54,792 nt of DNA, from NCBI GenBank assembly GCA_026387475.1, contig JAPLLN010000035.1:1-54792 (forward strand). Direction: 5' to 3'. Below are positions 31,711 to 40,700 of the stretch, one piece after another. Source of the DNA: Candidatus Omnitrophota bacterium. GTDB lineage: Bacteria; Omnitrophota; Gorgyraeia; Gygaellales; Profunditerraquicolaceae. Each line of letters opens with the position of its first letter. Position 1 is the stretch's first letter. Both the position numbers and the translations under genes were made by a program. The notes beneath the pieces were generated by a model. It did no database searches, was not told the DNA's origin, and saw only the letters and a list, made by a program, of their open reading frames with translations.

Positions 31711-34700
31711 ATGAAAAAACTCACTAAAGTAATCGCCATATTATTATCGGTTTCTCTTTTATTGCAGCAGGTCGGCTTTGCGCAAGTAGCCGGGACCCTG
31801 GACATCTCCGGCTTTATGACCCAGCTGCGCCAGTCCATTGCTGTCGATAAATTTCGTCCGCTCCATCTGCGCTATCTTGCCTACGACAACATTAATAATA
31901 ATTTTAAATTACTCCTGGATAAGGGTGACATCAAAAATTTAAAATCCGCTCAAATTGAAGAGACGAGTAAGAAGCTGCTTAATCTCTTCTTTGTCGGCGT
32001 AACTCTGCCTAATGATAGTTTCTGGGTGAACTTACGGCCGGACTCTCCGGATAAGATGCTCGACCCGATGGTCGCCCAGACTGATGTCGGTAAGGTGTTT
32101 TGCGAGGCTGACCTGCAACTTAAAAAAGATACTGCCAAATTTACTTCTCCGGACACCGCCGAGGGCAAGGAGTATTGGAATAAGCTTTATCAGAAAGCAG
32201 GGGAGATCTTCGGCTCGGAGAATATCACTATCCCGACCCTGACCCGGCCCTGGATCGTCCCGGATGAGATCATCATCCGCGAATCCACGGATAACGCGTA
32301 TATTTATAAAGCTACTTTGAAGGTAATGCTCGAGCAGGATTATTTAGCGGGCTCTGCCACTTATAATTTTAAAGACGAGCGCTTAAAGGCCCTGAACGAA
32401 TACTCTTCGCAGCTCATCCGTGAGCTGATTATCCCCAAACTCACCAAAGAAATCAATACCTCAAAAAGATATGCTTCCTTGCGCCAGGTCTATTATTCCC
32501 TGATTATGGCGCAATGGTTTAAGCAGAAGTTTTACGGCAAGGGTGGGCTTTATTCCTGGCTCATCGATAAGCAGAAGCTCAACGGCCTTACTTCTAAGGA
32601 AAATTGGAGCAAGGACTCGTATTTTAAAGAATACCAGAAGTCATTCCAACAAGGGGAGTACAATTTCAAGGTCCCGGTGTTTACGCCTTACGGCCAGACC
32701 ATCAGGAGCTATTTTTCGGGAGGTATTTCGGTAGGGACAGTGATGCAGCAGGCGACAATAGTGCCAGCGCCCAGCCCCTTGGCGGGGTCTAGTGGGGCCA
32801 TTGCCGAGTTATCTTTAAATCAGCATATCAGCAGCCCAGTAAACGTAGCTGGAGGTAGCGTAGATGACCTCGCGGATGTAAAACCGGAAGTAACTCAGGC
32901 GGCATCCGCTGCTTCAAGCTCGGCCATTCAGCCCCAATCCACCGCCGGTAATGCCGCGAGATTGGCCTTAGAAACGGCACACCAAGAGTCAATAAAACGG
33001 TTATTGCGCCAGCTTCCTACAAGACCAAAGCCTGACGACATAATAAGTCTCTCCATGGAAGATATAATTCATGGCTCAGATGCTACGCCAGCGCAAATAC
33101 AGCAGATATTGGATTCCCAAACCATGAAAGTCGAATTGGGAAACATACTTCCGTATGCGGAAATAATAGTCAAACAGTTGACTAGATTGTTAGCCTCTGG
33201 GCGTTATTCAAAGATACTTATTTGCGGCCGCGACGCAGATATTTTTGACGACGCATTGCAGGTTGTTTTATCGGGAACCGGGCTTGAAGGCCGGGTTGTG
33301 CGCCTGCCCTCTAGCGAGAAAATGCGTTATTATGTACGGGATGCAATGCCGGCGGATGATAAAATAAAGTTTTTGAGCCACCTCGGGATTACGAGCAACC
33401 TAAATAACGAAAATATATTAGTTTTTGATACCGGTTTCGAAGGCAGCGTATACTTATGGCTTTCCGACTTAATTTCAAAAACATTTCCGGGAATGGATGT
33501 TCCGAAGCATCTCTCATGCGGAATGATCCGCTCCCAATTGGGCGAAAGCCTCCAGATTATCAAATTACCTCCGCCTTCTGCCGCAGATATTGCAGGTGGT
33601 TTTCCGTATAATAAGTTCCCGAAGAGTGCCTTTCTTGCGCGAAGCGCAGATATGAACACTCTTGTTGCCTGCGCGGTAGATGCCTTGCCGCAGTATTCCG
33701 GAGGTTTCACAAAGGCGTTGGTTACAGATACCGGGGCAGTTAAGTTTATCGCTGATAATGCCGTTGTTTCATTCGACCCGGACAGGCTAGAGCGTTCTTT
33801 CCATAGTTCTGCGCAGTATAATAATTCCGGCATAGTAAATCCCGCCGCAGCAATGATGGTTCAAAAGAGAGTAGTGGATTATTTTATATCGCATCGTGAT
33901 CAGCTGCTTAGCGGTATAGGTTCATTAAATCAGCATATTAGTAGGCCTGTAGAAGTAACAGGGGGGAGTGCGGCAAGTCCTGCAGAGATAACGGTAGCTG
34001 TGCAGGCAGCCCAACCCGTTGCCCAGCCCAACACCGTAAACTCAATGACTCCGTCCGAAGCCGGAACTACCATGGCCCATATCCAAAAATTTGCGGATTT
34101 CATATTGGGCCTGTTTAAGGATCGGGATCTTAAACAGCCAATCGATTATGCCGATATCGGAAGCGGTGCTGACGCGGAATTCGAAGAGAACATGGTGCCA
34201 TTGTTGACTGCCTTAGGATTTAAGATTAGGGAAAGAGTAAGCGTAGATGGTGGTTATTTTGGTCCATTGACAAGCAAAGTTAAAAAAGCGGACATTACTG
34301 ACAAACAACAAAGAGAAAGCATTGGTCTAGGTGATGAATCCAGGGACCTTGTAACTATAAATAATATTCAGTCTTTCAGACTTGTGCAGCCGGCAATGGC
34401 TACATTGAAGCCAGGAGGCGTGTTATTGGTGACGTTTGCTAAGAGCGACCTGGAGGATAGGCATGACGATCCCAGGATTATTGAACAAGTAATCGCGGAA
34501 GCAAAGGAATTATTAGGATATGAAGTGCGTGAAATACAAAAACCAGACGACTATCCTGTTTCAAACAGCAAAATCAAGCATAATCCTAACTATCCGTCTT
34601 ACGGCAAGATGCTCATTATCACCAGAAAAAAGAGTCCTGGCGGAGAAATTGTTTTTTCTGCCGCCGTAAACCCCACGCCCGCCGCCTCAAGCCCGGTATT

Positions 34701-37700
34701 CGCTAATGTTGATTTACCCGCGTTGCGGGAGACGCTTGCCGCGATTAGAAAATCAACTGAAATGGCGAGTCAGGGGTATGCCACCGGCTTAAATGATTAT
34801 ATACTTAGTACACAGTTGCTTGCGGATTTAGGTATCGCGCGCGGCGACGTCTTATATCCGTGTATGGGAGTGGATTTGGCGCTTGCCCGCCACACTAAGG
34901 TGTTCGGTTTGAATACAACCACCGGTTTAACCAGCAGGTCAGAGCTTGAGCCTGTAATTGCTTTATTCCAGCGTAACGGTTGGAGTGCCGCTGACACAAA
35001 GACAGCAGAGAACAACATTCATCTGATTACCGGCGACTATCGCGACAGCTCCCAATACGCCGGGCTACGGGCGCAGGGAGGGGTGGATGTAATAATGGCC
35101 AAGGGGTTGGGCTGGACAGTAAGCGAGAGCGAGATAAGGAAATTCTTTAAGGACATAGGCAGCGAACTTTTGAAGTCCGGAGGATATGTGGTCATTGTAG
35201 GCGCAAAGGATGAGTGGTTACGCGATTATCTGATGCGCGAGTTTGGCTACAAAGATATTTTTGAGCAATTCTTGCCGCAAGAAGCGCAGCAACTTCCCCT
35301 TGATGAGTATAAGCAGGTGAAAGATGCGTTATCCGCTCAAAACGGCGGGCCTGAAAAGGTGCTAAGCGTAAGAGATGCGCAATTTGTCGTTGGCAGGCTT
35401 CCTATGGCGGTATTGCAGAAACCCGTCGCCTCAAGCCCGGCACCGGACCCCGAATTCCAGGCGGCTGCCGAAACCGCATATAAGCAAGTTGCCGAGGAAA
35501 AGCAAGAACCGGCAAACCAGATTTATTATTCGCAATTATGTGAGCCATTCAGCAAGGCGCTAAATAAAATATTAGGAGACAAGGGCTACCAGTCATGGGT
35601 AGTGACGGTTGGACAATGGGGAGGCATTTCTACCCATGATTTCGTCATCATTAAGGACAAAAATGGCCGCTTCTGGCTTATCGATGGCACCTGGCAGCAA
35701 TTCCTAAAACAAGATCAGCTGCCACTCGACCATCAAAAAGCAGTCATGATCCTTGAAATAACCCAGCAAAATGGCGAGGTTCAAGAGAAGGACATGGAAG
35801 AGAAGTTTGCTAATTTTGGAGTGCCTAGTTTTATGAGCCGCAGGTTGGCATCCGCAATTAAAAATAAAATTAAAGAAGCAGTGACCCAGAATGCTGAACC
35901 GCCTACTGTCATCTCCAGTCCGGCGCCTAGCGCCTCCAGCCCGGCCCGCGCTTCTTCTCCGGCGACTAGCCATTGGTGGAAGACGATTACCTATACTGTA
36001 TTGATGGCTATGCCGACACTGGCAGTCCTGTATTTATTGTTAAGAGATGTCCCAGGCGAAGAGGCGGCTACTATCGCGCCTCCTGCCCAGCCGGCTGCGC
36101 AAGCACAGCAAGAATACCCAAGACATATAAGATTTTTAATAGAGGCAGCTAAAAATCAAGATCAGATGGCATCTATTAAGTTGGGCGAGCTGGCGAATAA
36201 GCAAGACAGGCTTGCTTTTTCTGCGCTTATTGACTTAGTGAAAGCTGGTAATGAAGATGCTTTTGGCGTGCTTAGCAGTTTATCTGAATCGCAAAACAAG
36301 GAGATAAAGGATCTGGTTTGGTCAGAGCTCGCCAGACTGGTGCTGCAAGACGGGTTAGACAGGCCTATCGACTTCTTTGATTATAATACTAATGATCCCC
36401 GGCGCGGATGGGAGACGATGGTTGCCTTTGCCAAGGCGGGGAATAAAACAGCAATAAGCCGCGTATTAGCTTATGCTAATGACCGCCGTGATCCGGAAAA
36501 AGGCCGGGAGGCGCGCGCTCTGGTTTCGAAGTTAATAGAACAGGGAGATAGAGAAGTGATCGCCTCTGTTTTTGAAGAAGATGTACGAAACATGCGTACG
36601 CGCTATCTTGCCGGGCATGATTTGAAAGCGCTGCAGGCAGAACTAACTGAAAAGAGCCGTGATAACGCACTTTATCTGGCTTTTGCATTTACCGCGCGCG
36701 AAAGTTCCGGCGCCTTAGCCGATGAAATCTTGGTTAGATTAGAAAAGATAGCAGGTAGCAAAGGCAATATGCTGGGCTTTATTGATTCGATGAATGACCG
36801 CCAGCTTCTTAAAAATTTTATTTTATCCGCGGCAAATTATAACCACCTCAATACCCTAGTCGCATCGGATGAAGCGCTTAAAAATGCGGTAGATATGCTT
36901 TTTAAGGGATTAAACGCGCAAGAAGCAGAGATGTATTCCGTGCGCTTAGCTTTATTTGTTGAAGATATTTTACGTCAGAACAGCAGGACTGATGCTTTTA
37001 AGAAGTGTCTGTTTACCTTATATGACGATAACGGGGTGTCAGGCTTGAATAAAGATTTGATTGCCGCCTTGCTTACGGTTTACGCTGATAAATTCTCCGC
37101 TATTGACCAGCAGAAGATTACGCGCATCGCAGCAGAACGCGGTATCCAATACAATAAAGCCAGGGTCAATACCGCTAAACTGCTCAAGAACGGCAAGCTT
37201 ATTATACATACGGTCTTTATGGATCAGGATGCGCAAAACTTTATCTCTGGAACATCCGAATTTTATAAAAGCCAGGGTTATAAATCAGAGCGCAGGGATG
37301 GGCATATTGCCTTGACTAAAGGCAATGTGGTAATATGGCTGATTAATAATGTGGGTAACGCATATGACATTCGGGAGCACATAGGGAAAGTCTCGGCATT
37401 CATTTTACGCGGGCATGCTGGAAGTGAGGAGCGTCTATTCAAGGGGCAATCCCAGGAGTATTTTATGGCTTTTATTAATGCTTGCCGCAGCGCAACATTC
37501 TTAGGGAAGCTAAAGGCGCAATATCCAAATGTCGATGCTATAGGCGTGCGTGGAACAGGGGAAGGTGAACCGGGAACCCGTGTTAGCTACTACTTAGAAC
37601 GCGCGCTCAACAGCGGTATAAGGGATTGGAGCCAGATCCGGGATTATTTGAAGAACCATATCAAGGGTTATGCCGGGAACCTGGCAATGCCGGGTGACCG

Positions 37701-40700
37701 CGCGCTAGACGTGCTTGGTATTGTTTCCCGGAAAGCCGCGCAGGCTAATAATACCGCCTCCAGCCCCGCTCCGGCTCCGGGAATAGATAAGACTGCCTTA
37801 ACGGAGATCTTTACCAGAAATCATTATCTGTCGTACCTTGTTTTGAATATGTCGCTTGTTCCTTGGAGTATCTCCGCTGATTCGACCACTAAACTGCAGC
37901 AGCTGCGCGACGAGATGAATACGGAATATCTTAATTTCCTTGCTATGCCTGCAGGCTCTACGGATGAGATTCGGCTGGCTTATCTGCAGCTTGCCCTGCT
38001 GATAAGGAAGAATCTGCCCACCGCGAAGTCACTGGTTGATAGCATTCCCGAGGGAGCTATTAAGAAAAACATGAAAGAAGGTATTATCGATGCGGAGCGT
38101 TTCGCTAACGGTATTGAAATGCTCATGGATGATTCTAATAATCAGGTAAATATTAATAATACTCTGGATGCAATGTCAAATATCGTATTTTCTAAGCATT
38201 ATCGTGATAGAGGGGGTAAGTATAATATAACTATGCAGGCCGCTTCAGATATGCCGAAGCTAAATGCGAATCAGGGCGATATAGCGTATTTATTCCTCAA
38301 CCTATTTCTCCCGTTTGTCTTGCCTTTGGGGGTATTTAACGGAAAAGAAGTAGAGTTAAAGGTATCCACAAAATCCGAATCGGGTAATTTAGTAATTACG
38401 GCAGAGTCTAACCAAGCTCCATCCACGGAAGATATAATGGTCTATGGCCATCCGATAAACGCGGGTTTCAGGGTAGCGCAGAGAATTGCTAAAAAATATG
38501 GCGGGACTATAGAAGCGCAGTCTCAAGGCACGAAACTTATAGTAAGGCTTCCGATTGCGCAGCAGGCCGCTTCTTCGCCTGCGCCATGGGAGCCGCGTTT
38601 GGATAAAGAAAAGGCAATAGAGGATTGCCGGAGTATCAGCTTGGCTCTTCGCGAGATTTATGCAGATCCGCAATGGTCAAGCCAGCTTAGGAGCGAAATG
38701 CGGTATGTTCTTACTCAATCCGGCGCATTGACTGCTTTGCTTGGGCTTAGAGCCATTGCTGAACTAGGCCAGTCTTTTGATATTGTCTATCAGGTAAGCC
38801 TTACGCCGCAATTGCATACAGAGCTTGAAAATTTGTTACGCAAAAATGGCAATAGCCAGATAAGAATAAAAACTATAAAGCAATCAGGCGCCGGCCGGAA
38901 CTATACGCAGTTTATTATAATCAACTTGGAGAAAGCTAGACAGGTGCTTCTCCATCCTGTATTCACCGTACGCGAAAGAGAGCGCGCCACCACCGACGAT
39001 GGATTGTGCGATTTTATATTAGCTCTAAATAATGACATAAGCTATAACCGCAGGGATATGAAATTAGGGTTGTTGTTCGGTGTGCCGGAGGTTGAGGCAG
39101 TTGCTTACGAGAAGCAGGGCTCTGGGATACACGGCAGAAACATTGAAATCAGTAATCCGTTTGAAGAGTTTGGTGCTTCCGGTAACGTTTGGAAGGCGCT
39201 TACCCATGATCCGGCAAACAAACGGTACGAGGCCATATACGAAGAGGCTTATGGAATAGCCAGAGAAGCGATCCCCAGTCACCAGTATCTTATTGATAAG
39301 CCAGAGGGTAGTTTGTCCGGAGGTATCTCGGCCTCCAGCCCGGCGCCCGGCGCCAGTTCGCCTAACAAGGCAGAAGGCCTGTTAGAACTAGATAGGAGAC
39401 CTATAGATGGGGGTTTACTCAATACAGTTTATGTAGGCCATGATATGGAGGTATGCAGGGCCGTTAATCCAGACCATCAGGGTGGCCAGATAGCGGTCAA
39501 TGTTGCATCCGGCGCCGGTATTTCTAATTACCTTTTGAGTTTAGATGCAACAACGGGGTATTTCGTTGATACGGTCAAAGTTAATGCTGGCGATTTAACA
39601 GAATCTCTGGCTCGTTGGGCTGGATTATCCGGTATTGTTAATGACCCGGAGTTCTTCGGTGGTTATGCGCAGCGCAAGTTTCGGGCTGGTTACGAACAGG
39701 CGTTCGCCGCTTTCGGAGATGGATCGGACGGCATCATGAGTGCCTTGCAAGCAGAAAAAATACTCTATGAATTGCAAGTGATGGGCGTGGATAAAGAATC
39801 TATAGCGGTTGAAAAGATTGATGACAAAACCGTTAAGCTGACCTTCAAGTGGGCTTATCCGGGTCGTCCGCTTAGAACTTACGAGATTTATTTTGTTCAT
39901 CAAGATATAGCCTCCCCGGAGAGCTTCCCGCAAATCCTTAGAGATCTAAAAGGCAAGGCAACTTTCATTTATGAGCGCGCCGGCTTATCTCTGCCTGCGC
40001 GATACCATCTATTTATTAATGAATTAATTTCTTATCTCAAGCCTAATGGTTATCTGATGACTGATGATGTTAGTTACGATAAGGCCGCATCAGAACCCTA
40101 TGTCGACCAAGGGAAGTATTTCGATAATATTAATAATCTCGTTACGGTTAAAACTCCCGCAATGGGTGAATGGGAGCAAAAAATTGCTACTTATAGAGAA
40201 GATAAGTTTGAGAAGACTTCTTATGGGGCAATAGTGCGGATTCGGCAAGTGACACAGGGGAGTGCTACCAAGCCCGGAGCCTCCAGCCCGGCGCCCGCCG
40301 CCAGCTCGCCGGTTAAAACCGGGGCAGAAAGCGCAAATAATGATGGCCGGCCGTTTATCTTAGACAAGGGGACCGGATTGTTTGTTCCGGACCGCACAGT
40401 CGTCTCTGTCACTGCGCCCAAAGATAAAAAAGCTATTGCTGAAGCTACAAGTAGAGTAGAGTCAGCTATCGGTAAGATAAAGAAGATAAGAAGCGTCACC
40501 GATGCCCAGGCCCTGGATAAGAAGGGAGAGCTTGCGGCGTCAGTCGAAGATCTTAACTATATCGCGTTGCTCGGGCTTAACGGAGAACTTACGCAGTCGC
40601 TCGCAGAACCTTTGTGTATTATATTGAACTATTCGTCTTCAGCTGAACTCCACCGCAAAGTGCACCTTCTTCTGACTCACCTGCCGGGGTCATTTATTTT

